From positions 1 through 50,668 of the IMG/VR virus record IMGVR_UViG_3300048768_000066: DNA of 50,668 nt; one strand, given 5' to 3'. The translations under genes were made by a program, and so were the position numbers. The notes beneath the pieces are model-generated. The model saw only the letters and a program-made list of their open reading frames with translations. It did not search any database and had not been told where the DNA came from. Positions 28,514-37,572 of this stretch are shown one piece after another. This DNA comes from a virus (lineage: Duplodnaviria > Caudoviricetes). Position 1 is the stretch's first letter. Every line of letters starts with the position of its first letter.

Positions 28514-29662
28514 ATGGCAAATCCAGCGTACAGTCTTGATTTTAGCCCGATAGCGAATGTTGGCAATCAGATGATGGATATCGCTAAAGAGACACGAGAG
28601 GCGGCATACCAAGGCGAGAAAATGAAAGGTATGCAGCAGCAGGCGGCGATGAACGAAATAACCCTGAAGAAGATGCAGTATGAAGAGGGACAACGACAAG
28701 AGGAAGAGAAAAGAGGCAATACCGTAAGGTCAGTTAATGATTACATTAAATCCAAAGGTCTTGACCCAGATACTGCTGAATATATGATGAATCTGGTCAA
28801 GTCTGAGGGTATGGGAGAAACAATGCCATCGGGCGACCTGGGCATAAAACAAAAAAATATTGATCCACTTATACAGAAAGTTCATGGGGACATTCAAATC
28901 CACCTGGATCTCGATAACCTTGGGTTAGCAGACACGCAGAAAAAAATAGGAGCACTTGAACAGGCTGCAAAAGACCCTAAGTTAAAGGACGACGATAAAC
29001 AGAAAATTGCCGAGCAGCTAAGGGGACTTACTAACAGGAAAGGGGTTCTTGAAGCTTCTATCATTGGATTGGATAAAACCTTGAAAGCAAAGCAGATGGA
29101 GGAAAGAAACAAGGTCGGTATAGAGGCGCAAAAAGAGACCGCCGCGCAAACGCTCCAAACACAGAAAGATACTGCTGCTATGGAACGTGAACAGGTGAAA
29201 GAAAAGGCAACGGCGGGCGTTGAGGCCACAAAAGAGACAGCAGCCGATAAACGAGCAAGGGAGGCTAATGCTTCACGGGAGAAGGCGGCGGGGATTAAGG
29301 CTGCGGCAACCCAAGTTGAAAAGCCATTATCTCGAAAGGATATTTTGGGTATGAAAAAGGATAAACTAAATTATATCCAAAAGGGGATGAAGACTTTCTC
29401 GGAATCCAACCCACTCAAGAAACCTACCACAGAAGAGCAGGATGCTGAACGTGGGCGATTGGGGCAAGAGTTTGATTCCGGAATGGGGAACGAGCCCCCT
29501 AAAGTATCGACAGGCAAGAGAAGTATTAAAACCCTAACCGATTATTTTAACGGTGCCAAAACAAAAGATGCGGCAATAGTGCTAATCAAAAAAGCGCAGC
29601 AGCAAGGTTGGACGGTGGATGAATTAAAGCAAGCGGAGAAGGAAGCCAAATGGGCTTGGTAG
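28514..29662 (+). CDS. Probable ejection protein
   Basis: Helical K/E/Q/A-rich; synteny. Confidence 0.55.
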   Translation: MANPAYSLDFSPIANVGNQMMDIAKETREAAYQGEKMKGMQQQAAMNEITLKKMQYEEGQRQEEEKRGNTVRSVNDYIKSKGLDPDTAEYMMNLVKSEGMGETMPSGDLGIKQKNIDPLIQKVHGDIQIHLDLDNLGLADTQKKIGALEQAAKDPKLKDDDKQKIAEQLRGLTNRKGVLEASIIGLDKTLKAKQMEERNKVGIEAQKETAAQTLQTQKDTAAMEREQVKEKATAGVEATKETAADKRAREANASREKAAGIKAAATQVEKPLSRKDILGMKKDKLNYIQKGMKTFSESNPLKKPTTEEQDAERGRLGQEFDSGMGNEPPKVSTGKRSIKTLTDYFNGAKTKDAAIVLIKKAQQQGWTVDELKQAEKEAKWAW

Positions 29663-32600
29663 ATCAGGTTATACAACAGAACAATTCAGGCAATTCATTA
29701 GTAGATGAAGCTCTCCGCCCCGGACCTTCTCTGGTTGACGAGGCCCTTGCCGGTCCTTCGTTCAAGGCGAAGGCTATTGATTTTCTTACCGGTGGACATG
29801 TCCCGGCTGAACCAACTTATGCGGGGAGCGAACTGACAGCGCAAGGAAAGCTCGACCCTCGCGTGCAGACTGGCGATCCCGGATTCTTTAATGATCCTAT
29901 TGTGTGGGGGGCAATGGGAGCAGTGGCAGGAGTCCGTGCGGCTGGCGGAGTGGCGGGGAAGGCACTGGCAGCAGGACGCGAGGCCGTTGGATGGATGACA
30001 GGCGGCGCTTCCGAAGTTCCTGCTATGGCTAAGGGTGGCGTGGAAACGATTCTGAAAGGAACAGAGGCAAAGAACCTGGGGAAACTGGCCGAAGCAAGGG
30101 CCGGTAAACCATTTGCAGAAGTGGCAAGGAAGGTTGAAGCTCCCACGGCAAGTCTTGTTGACGAGGCTTTGAAGGTAGGGCCGAAGGTCGCGCCGGTCGT
30201 TCAACCTGGGGCACCGTCGGGAGGCAAGCAGCCGTGGGAGATGACCGCGGATGAGTGGACAAATAAGGTTTTGGCAGAAGGTGAAGCGAAAACACAGTTT
30301 GGAAAACTTGACCAACAGACAAGAGATATTGCTTCTGCTAATGCACAAGATTATCATTATGGTGCGGTAGAGGATGCCGTGAAAGCAGGAAAACCCGTTC
30401 CCCCCGAAGTCCTGGCGGACTACCCCGATCTGAAGGCCCCGTCGGGAGGCAAGCAGCCGTGGGAGATGACACGGGAGGAGTTTAAGTCAAATCCGCCAGA
30501 AGGGATGATCTACAAACCACAGAAGGGGGAAATCATTTCTGGTGTTGAATCGGACGGGACTATATCGGTAGGGGATAGTTTTTTTGAACATGGATTGAAA
30601 GATAGAAAAGATATTATTGCACACGAAAAAGCGCACTTACTTGAAGGGACAATTACGCCGGAGTATAAGGCAAAGCTCTTTGATAACAAGACGGTGATGG
30701 ATTATCGGGGCAAGAATATAAACGAGAAGTTGGCGAATATGATTGTTGACGGAAAACTTCCCCCCGAAGTCCTGAAGGACTACCCCGACCTTAAGGCCCC
30801 GGCAGCGGGGGCGAAAGGTGGCCTTTCCAACGAAGCCGGTGCAATCGACCCGGACCTCCTAACGCTCGGTACGACAAAATTCCTGAAAGAAGATGTTATC
30901 CCTACATCTAAAACCCTTGCCAACATCATGAGGCAATCCGGGAAGGACATACGCAATGTCTTGTCTCCCGTAAGTGCAGGCCCACAGGCCGCACAGACAG
31001 CCGGGATCATGCGGAAGAACCTTGCTGAAATGGCACGGTCAACCGATCGGGCACAAGAAGCCCTTAAACAGGCAAGAGGATTCTTTGTATCGAAAGACCC
31101 GCAATTCAACTATGATTTTATCCACAGCATCGAAACAGGAGCGAAAAAAAGGTTTGGCTTAAAAGGCCCGAATCCAGACGATTCCTTCTTAGATCATACC
31201 GCCTCAGTCATGCGAAGTTTGATGAACAAAAAGGTTGATGAGGTTCGTGCGCTCGGCACGGGGAAACTTGAAGAGGTTATTGAAAACTATTTCCCTCACA
31301 TGTGGCAAGATCCGAAAAAGGCGAATGAAGCCTTTATGAATTGGTATGCGAAAAGACCGATGGAGGGAAGCAAGGGGTTTCTGAAAAAGAGAACCATCCC
31401 TACGACTCAAGAAGGTCTCGAGATGGGCCTTACACCTATCTCTAACAATCCTGTTGACTTGACCATCCTAAAACTGCGAGAGATGGACAAATACATCATG
31501 GCGCAAAAGACCATGAAGTCCATGAAGGATACTGGTCTTGCGACGTTTGTACGGGCGGGACAGAAGGCCCCGGACGGTCTTGTTCCTATCAATGACAGAA
31601 TCGCAACGGTGTACGCCCCCCCTGAATTACAAGGTCCTGTTGGCAGAACAATTCTCGGTGCTTACTACGCCCCCGAAGATGCGGCCCGGATCATAAATAA
31701 CTATCTCTCGCCGGGACTCCGGGGCAATCAGGGCTTCAGGGCGTACCTTGGAGCGGCAAACATATTGAATCAGGCACAACTTGGATTGTCTGCTTTCCAC
31801 CTTGGCTTTACCTCTGTCGATGCTATGACCTCGAAAATGGCCTTGGCATTAGGGCAAGCGTCTCATGCCGATGTGGGCAAGGCCGTTGTGTCGATGTTGC
31901 AAGTTCCTATCGCACCAGTAGAAAACATCTTGCGAGGCCGGAAACTCTACAAAGAATGGATGACTCCCGGCAGTCAAAGCACGGAAATAAGCAAATTGGT
32001 AGATGCGGTAGTAACCGCTGGCGGCAGGGCGAGAATGGATAATTTCTACCGGACCGAATACGCTCGCAAAGCTGCCGATGCTTTCAGAAGTGGAAACATC
32101 ATCGGCGGACTTATTCGTGCTCCCTTTGCGGCTGTTGACTTGGCTGCAAAGCCCATCATGGAGTATATTGTTCCCCGTCAAAAACTCGGCGTGTTTGCCG
32201 ACCTTGCGAGATATGAATTAGATCGTCTCGGAAAAGCAGGGGCCACTGAACCGGAAATCCATACTGCATTGGCAAAGATATGGGATTCGGTTGACAACCG
32301 GATGGGACAACTTGTTTATGATAACCTATTTTGGAATAAGATGGGTAAGGATTTAAGCATGGCCTCTGTCCGGTCCCTTGGATGGAACCTTGGAACTTTC
32401 AGGGAACTCGGCGGCGGAGGCATTGATTTAGCGAAACAGGTTTTTGACATTGTTAATCGCCGTTCGCCGGAACTTACCTATAAGATGGCTTATACGGCGG
32501 CACTTCCTATCACTACCGGGATCTTGGGGGCCACATTGTATTACCTTTATAATGGGAAAGCACCCGAAACATTAAAGGATTATTACTTCCCTAAAACGGG

Positions 32601-33411
32601 ACAGTTGGATGAGAATGGCAGGCCCGCAAGGGTGGCTTTGCCGTCGTACATGAAAGACCTTGTTCATTATTACGAAACGCCGGGGAAAACATTAGTCAAT
32701 AAACTGCATCCTGCTCTTGCGGAGTTAGGGCAAATGCTTGAGAATGAGGATTTTTACGGGGTCCAAATAGCCGACTGGTCGGAAGGTGTCGGGAAGACGT
32801 TATCCAATCCTCAAATATACAAAGACTATGCTTCATATTTAGGTAAGTCTGTACTACCTTTTGGCGTGAGATTCCTTCAAAGAGAACGGCAATTAGGCGG
32901 TAGTTTGGTGGATCAAGCATTGCCTTTCGTTGGCATTACTCCCGCTCCGGCATACGTCAACAAGACATCTGCCGAAACGCTTATGTCAAATTTGGTTCAA
33001 AGCCGAATGCCAAAAGCAACTATCACAAAAGCCCAGTTTGAACAGTTTCAGGCCAAAAGACAGGCGAAGGCATCGCTTCGGAGAGGGCAAGAAATAAGTC
33101 CAGAGGTCGAACATGAGTTGGGAAAGATGTCTAATAAGCAATTAAAGACTATGGTTTCTGATGTTAGGAAGGGAACCTTTGAAAAGCAATTTGGCATTCT
33201 TACTTTGAAAGAGGGAATCCAAGTTTATAAAAAAGCCAATGCAGAGGAACAGCCGATGGCTGCGGTCTTGTTAATGCAGAAGTTAAAGAACACTGCTAAA
33301 AACAATCCTTCTAATATTGAGTCATTGACTAAGAATGAAAAGGAATTCTTACTGGAAGAACTCTACCACACAAAACCATCGGCAGTGGAGTCCGTAGGAA
33401 CGAGGCAATAA
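29650..33411 (+). CDS. Large internal virion/ejection protein (polyvalent-like)
   Basis: 1253 aa, helical; modular N-terminal repeats including HExxH (AHEKAH). Confidence 0.6.
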   Translation: MGLVDQVIQQNNSGNSLVDEALRPGPSLVDEALAGPSFKAKAIDFLTGGHVPAEPTYAGSELTAQGKLDPRVQTGDPGFFNDPIVWGAMGAVAGVRAAGGVAGKALAAGREAVGWMTGGASEVPAMAKGGVETILKGTEAKNLGKLAEARAGKPFAEVARKVEAPTASLVDEALKVGPKVAPVVQPGAPSGGKQPWEMTADEWTNKVLAEGEAKTQFGKLDQQTRDIASANAQDYHYGAVEDAVKAGKPVPPEVLADYPDLKAPSGGKQPWEMTREEFKSNPPEGMIYKPQKGEIISGVESDGTISVGDSFFEHGLKDRKDIIAHEKAHLLEGTITPEYKAKLFDNKTVMDYRGKNINEKLANMIVDGKLPPEVLKDYPDLKAPAAGAKGGLSNEAGAIDPDLLTLGTTKFLKEDVIPTSKTLANIMRQSGKDIRNVLSPVSAGPQAAQTAGIMRKNLAEMARSTDRAQEALKQARGFFVSKDPQFNYDFIHSIETGAKKRFGLKGPNPDDSFLDHTASVMRSLMNKKVDEVRALGTGKLEEVIENYFPHMWQDPKKANEAFMNWYAKRPMEGSKGFLKKRTIPTTQEGLEMGLTPISNNPVDLTILKLREMDKYIMAQKTMKSMKDTGLATFVRAGQKAPDGLVPINDRIATVYAPPELQGPVGRTILGAYYAPEDAARIINNYLSPGLRGNQGFRAYLGAANILNQAQLGLSAFHLGFTSVDAMTSKMALALGQASHADVGKAVVSMLQVPIAPVENILRGRKLYKEWMTPGSQSTEISKLVDAVVTAGGRARMDNFYRTEYARKAADAFRSGNIIGGLIRAPFAAVDLAAKPIMEYIVPRQKLGVFADLARYELDRLGKAGATEPEIHTALAKIWDSVDNRMGQLVYDNLFWNKMGKDLSMASVRSLGWNLGTFRELGGGGIDLAKQVFDIVNRRSPELTYKMAYTAALPITTGILGATLYYLYNGKAPETLKDYYFPKTGQLDENGRPARVALPSYMKDLVHYYETPGKTLVNKLHPALAELGQMLENEDFYGVQIADWSEGVGKTLSNPQIYKDYASYLGKSVLPFGVRFLQRERQLGGSLVDQALPFVGITPAPAYVNKTSAETLMSNLVQSRMPKATITKAQFEQFQAKRQAKASLRRGQEISPEVEHELGKMSNKQLKTMVSDVRKGTFEKQFGILTLKEGIQVYKKANAEEQPMAAVLLMQKLKNTAKNNPSNIESLTKNEKEFLLEELYHTKPSAVESVGTRQ

Positions 33412-33497
33412 TGGAAGACCCTCATTTTAATGATGCAGAAGAGCTATCGGAAGACGACGACAGCGGGGACCCGGCTTTCATGGATGACGACGAATGA
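33411..33497 (+). CDS. 28-aa acidic peptide, not in ORF track
   Basis: MEDPHFNDAEELSEDDDSGDPAFMDDDE; TAATG and ATGA overlaps at both ends. Confidence 0.6.
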   Translation: MEDPHFNDAEELSEDDDSGDPAFMDDDE

Positions 33498-34738
33498 CCG
33501 ACTATTCTAAAAAGAATGTGCTGTTTATCGGATCGGGTATCGACTGTACCCATGCCGAAAGGATGGCGCAGGATGTCCAAAATCTTTGGTACTTCACTCC
33601 GGTATTCAACGGCTTCCCGAAGATCGAGGACTATGCCAATGGCTTTGGTTTGCCGGGTGTCGAGAAGATCATGCGGCCCCACAAGTATATCAACAAGGCG
33701 GATCTGATTGTCTTCGGGGATATTGGCAACGGGGACTGGGCGGACAAATTGAGAGAGGAAGGTCATACTGTCTTCGGATCTGGAGAAAAGGAAGAGGACT
33801 TAGAATTAGACCGATTCAAGGCAAGACAAATACAGGACAAGCTCGGCCTTCCTATTCAATATACCGAGAAGAAGAAGGGGATGACTGCTCTTACAAAGTA
33901 TCTTGAAAAGAACAAGGATGTGTACGTCAAGCCCTTCATCTTCCGGGGGACCAGGGAAACGACCCATGTCACTAACGACCGGATTATGAAAGAGCTTTTG
34001 AAGAAGTTGGCTGCGCGGTTTGGGCCGATGGGCGAAGAAGTTACATTCACTTGCGAAGATCCGGTGAAGGATGCGATAGCCGAAGTGGCGTATGGTATCG
34101 TATTTAACGGGAAGGAAGCGATCAAACCTTATGAGTTTGGACTTGAAAAGGATGGTCCGTATATTCTTCATTACAGGGATGAGCTTCCGGCACCGATTCA
34201 AAATTCCCTCAATAGAATTTCTAAACTATTGGCGAAAACAGACTACCGGGGGGCTTTCAGCGACGAGGAGCTTGTTGTCAGTAACAAGAAAAGCTATCCG
34301 ATAGATTTCACGGTGCGTTGGGCGTTTCCGCTTTCGACTATTTACTGCGAGACGTGGAAGAATTACACAGAGGTCATTTTCAAGTGCGCTCAAGGTGAGG
34401 ATGTAAAAATTGATGTGATTGCGCCTTTTGCCGGGTGTCTTTCGCTTGCTTGCGAAGAAGCCGAAAAGGATTGGGTATGGGTTGACATCAACAAGGAAAA
34501 CGAGAGGCACGTCAGGCCGATATATGGATGTTGCACAAAAGACGGGTACTATGCCGTCAAGGGTTATTCCGTGGGGATCAACCTGATAGCGTGGGGGGGC
34601 TCTGTTGAAAGCGTGGTAAGCCAGTTGAAAGATTTAGCGGGCAGTATTGATTCGCATGATCTACGTGTCGAATATTCACGCTTGGACGACATCGTAAGTG
34701 ACATTGAAAAGTTAAACGAAATCGGGATCGAATTTTAG
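33494..34738 (+). CDS. ATP-grasp ligase, divergent PurD/GARS-like
   Basis: VLFIGSG, VFGS...LELDR...LGLP, VYVKP, YRGAF...IDFTVRWAFP (PurD has IEFNCRFGDP). Confidence 0.75.
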   Translation: MTDYSKKNVLFIGSGIDCTHAERMAQDVQNLWYFTPVFNGFPKIEDYANGFGLPGVEKIMRPHKYINKADLIVFGDIGNGDWADKLREEGHTVFGSGEKEEDLELDRFKARQIQDKLGLPIQYTEKKKGMTALTKYLEKNKDVYVKPFIFRGTRETTHVTNDRIMKELLKKLAARFGPMGEEVTFTCEDPVKDAIAEVAYGIVFNGKEAIKPYEFGLEKDGPYILHYRDELPAPIQNSLNRISKLLAKTDYRGAFSDEELVVSNKKSYPIDFTVRWAFPLSTIYCETWKNYTEVIFKCAQGEDVKIDVIAPFAGCLSLACEEAEKDWVWVDINKENERHVRPIYGCCTKDGYYAVKGYSVGINLIAWGGSVESVVSQLKDLAGSIDSHDLRVEYSRLDDIVSDIEKLNEIGIEF

Positions 34739-34744
34739 GGAGGT

Positions 34745-35338
34745 ATGAAAATGTTTTATGTAACGAGTTACTTAGGAAGGGCGTTGACGAGCCAGAAGAT
34801 TGTCCCTGGGAACACCCCCACGGGGATCGCTCCATTCGTATATGAGTATAAGGAGCAGTTAATCACATTCACTGGCGGCGGTCCTACGGTGATTGCCATA
34901 GGAACCGTAATCTATGGGGCAACGAGTCACGTTACCGGCATCGTCGTTTCAACGCCTGTTTTGACTGGGGGAACTTTCGGGGGGAGTGACGCGGCTGGTT
35001 CTTTCCGCATCAAATCATCCACGGGGACATGGACGTCGGGAGAGAAACTTACCGTAGCCGCGACTGCCGACGATGGAGATATGACGGGCCTTCCCGTTGA
35101 TTGTGCCGACAATTATCTCTACAAGGGCATGACCGCACGGGCCGCCATGGTATCGGTAAGCGGGAATACGGCATTGATGTCTGAAACGAGTACGCCGGAT
35201 CAGACGTACCTCATGGGGCATTCTATGACCGTTCCCTCTTCGTATATCTTGTATGACATAGGCGACATAATGGCTGTAAGGTTTGTTGATTATGCTTCGG
35301 GAAGTGCATCAGTCATAAACGTAACGTGTCGTTTTTAA
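34745..35338 (+). CDS. Virion structural protein (beta-rich)
   Basis: GGAGGT RBS; VLTGGTFGGSDAAGSF resembles TITSGSWAGGDAAGKF in the nozzle protein. Confidence 0.55.
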   Translation: MKMFYVTSYLGRALTSQKIVPGNTPTGIAPFVYEYKEQLITFTGGGPTVIAIGTVIYGATSHVTGIVVSTPVLTGGTFGGSDAAGSFRIKSSTGTWTSGEKLTVAATADDGDMTGLPVDCADNYLYKGMTARAAMVSVSGNTALMSETSTPDQTYLMGHSMTVPSSYILYDIGDIMAVRFVDYASGSASVINVTCRF

Positions 35339-35349
35339 GGAGAATGGTG

Positions 35350-36474
35350 ATGAAAAAACTACTTGTTTTACTTTGCATTGTGCTCATGTTTGCGGCAAAT
35401 GCACATGCTCAACTTGCCGGGGACGGGATACATTATGGCGGCGGGGGCACAGGTTCCATGACTTACCCCGGAGTCGGTATCCCCTACACAGCCAATGGGT
35501 CAAGTTGGGGAACGTCCTTTGGTGTGGGAACCATGACGGATACCTTTCTCTGCTCCTATGCCACAAGCGGGAACACACTTTCCTGCAATACGAATCTGGC
35601 TGCGCCCGGTCCCATCGGCGGCACTACACCATCGGCGGTCTATGCGAAACCGGCTGTCGTTAAAGGTCCGGCTGTCATATCTTCCTTTGCCGGGACGGTG
35701 AGCACTTCGGGTTCTTCAACAACGGTTACTTTCACCTCCACTGCCGATGCGATCCTTGCCGGCTATAACGCCACTAATCCCATCCTTGGTTTTACGTTGA
35801 TAGCGGGTGGGTTCACCCGGTATATTCAGTCATGGACGAACTCCACGACCTGCGTTGTTGACACAGCGGTCACGCTGGCAGGGAGCACAGCAATAACCTC
35901 TGTTCAAGCTCCAATAGCGGTTTATATTACCTCTGCCGGAACGATCATGGGTTACATGGATGCGGCAGGGATCATGCACTTACTGGGAGGTGCGGTTCAA
36001 ACTGGTTCTTTCACCTTCTCCAATGGAGCATCCGCTGGCTGTATCTATTTACAAGAAGGTTCGGGCGGCGGAACTGATACCTCTGCACTGTGTGGGGCGG
36101 CAGCAGTAACTGGCAACCAGGTCTTCACGCTACCAACCTCTACGGGAACAATGGCCCTAACCACTGAAAACGGTCTAACCTCGTATCGGTATGGGGCGGT
36201 TGTCAACAACAATGCCACGCTTACACTTCCCACGGTGACGGCAAGTTCGGGTGGCAGGGGAACGATAGTCGTAGGGGCGAATGTTGATGAAGCAACCTTC
36301 ACGACGGACGCTTCGGGGAATGTCACTCTGAGTGAATGGACGGGAGGAATTGTAGCTAACGCTTCGACGGCTTACAAAGTTCAGATCGGAGCTGCGGCTC
36401 CGGCTAATCCGGTAGTCATAACCAATGCGTCTGGCGGAAATATAATGATTCAGGTCACATTCTTGTACAATTAA
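35350..36474 (+). CDS. Fibre-like protein with Sec signal peptide
   Basis: MKKLLVLLCIVLMFAANAHA; fibre motifs PGPIGGTTPS and FTLPTSTGTMALT. Confidence 0.7.
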   Translation: MKKLLVLLCIVLMFAANAHAQLAGDGIHYGGGGTGSMTYPGVGIPYTANGSSWGTSFGVGTMTDTFLCSYATSGNTLSCNTNLAAPGPIGGTTPSAVYAKPAVVKGPAVISSFAGTVSTSGSSTTVTFTSTADAILAGYNATNPILGFTLIAGGFTRYIQSWTNSTTCVVDTAVTLAGSTAITSVQAPIAVYITSAGTIMGYMDAAGIMHLLGGAVQTGSFTFSNGASAGCIYLQEGSGGGTDTSALCGAAAVTGNQVFTLPTSTGTMALTTENGLTSYRYGAVVNNNATLTLPTVTASSGGRGTIVVGANVDEATFTTDASGNVTLSEWTGGIVANASTAYKVQIGAAAPANPVVITNASGGNIMIQVTFLYN

Positions 36475-36481
36475 GGAGAGG

Positions 36482-36949
36482 ATGATGAAAAAGAAACTAT
36501 TTACAACTATTGAACTGATAGCTTTCCTGCTGATCCCGGTAATCTGTTTCTCGGCAGCGGCGCATTACGGGGCGTTTGACGCTATCACCAGTAGCGGGGG
36601 AAGCACCTTGACCATTGACGCCGCTCAATCTCTTTCCGCAATGAAGGACAAGGTTGTCGCTGCGGGGAACTGCGTGAACAGTTATTCGGTCAACGCCGCT
36701 AATGGAGCGCTTATCCAGCTCACGTTGGCTGGCAACTGCGCTATTACCACGGCCGCCCCGGTAGCTGGTCAGAGTTTCGCTATCGAACTTTCACAGACCA
36801 ACACGGCAGCTCCGGTTTTTAACGGCACATACTTCAAATGGGGCAATCAACCGACGTGGAGTGCTGCGGGAGGTCTGTATGACTATGCCGCCTGTACATA
36901 CTTCAACACGACGGCTTGGTGGTGCGCGGGTCAGGCTAATATCCATTAA
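36482..36949 (+). CDS. Fibre-tip-like domain protein with signal peptide
   Basis: MMKKKLFTTIELIAFLLIPVICFSAAA; NG..IQLTLAGN...FAIELSQ...KW..PTWS...D...W pattern of fibre C-terminal knobs. Confidence 0.65.
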   Translation: MMKKKLFTTIELIAFLLIPVICFSAAAHYGAFDAITSSGGSTLTIDAAQSLSAMKDKVVAAGNCVNSYSVNAANGALIQLTLAGNCAITTAAPVAGQSFAIELSQTNTAAPVFNGTYFKWGNQPTWSAAGGLYDYAACTYFNTTAWWCAGQANIH

Positions 36950-36960
36950 AGGGGGATAGA

Positions 36961-37572
36961 ATGAAGAAAAGCATTTTAGCGATACTTTTAGCAATTTGCT
37001 TATTGCTTCCGGTTGTTGGTTACTCTAAAACGGGAGCGGAGCGGATGCTTCAGGGGATAGTGGGGGGAAGTGTGGCAGGTGCGGCACCACAAGCGGCGGA
37101 CTATTTTGGCTACAATCAAATTGGTCTGTCCTCTTATATTGACGGTACACCCAGGTGGGAGAAAAATAAAGGATACAGTACGGGGTATATCTGCCCAGGC
37201 ACGGGGACACGGACAGTCGATATGCTTGAACAATATTCTTCAGGGTATTACGGTACATATGCGGTAAAGATTGCTCTGTACACCACGGGAGATATGTTGG
37301 TTTGCCAGACAAATAATTTTAATGTCACGGAGGCAACTCCAGCTTGGTATGGGGCTGCTCCAAATGCAGTCTGTCATTGTACAGGCGGAACATCATATAG
37401 ACTGGCTATGTCGAGTTACAATACCTATATGTATTATAATTCAGGTTCTTCCGGTGATTCAGGAATCGGAACAGATGATTACGTGACAGCGGCTTTCCCG
37501 GGCTCAATCGGTGCTGGTGCGGATAATGATAGTATATTTTCTATGAGGGCGCATGTGGCGGCCATACCATGA
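36961..37572 (+). CDS. Adhesin-like protein with signal peptide
   Basis: MKKSILAILLAICLLLPVVGYS; Tyr/Gly/Cys-rich, VKIALY...SYRLA beta-sandwich pattern. Confidence 0.65.
   Translation: MKKSILAILLAICLLLPVVGYSKTGAERMLQGIVGGSVAGAAPQAADYFGYNQIGLSSYIDGTPRWEKNKGYSTGYICPGTGTRTVDMLEQYSSGYYGTYAVKIALYTTGDMLVCQTNNFNVTEATPAWYGAAPNAVCHCTGGTSYRLAMSSYNTYMYYNSGSSGDSGIGTDDYVTAAFPGSIGAGADNDSIFSMRAHVAAIP

Noticed and set aside
33494-34738. Bona fide purD auxiliary metabolic gene
   Set aside because: The signature motif is altered and the context is virion genes; gene symbol withheld
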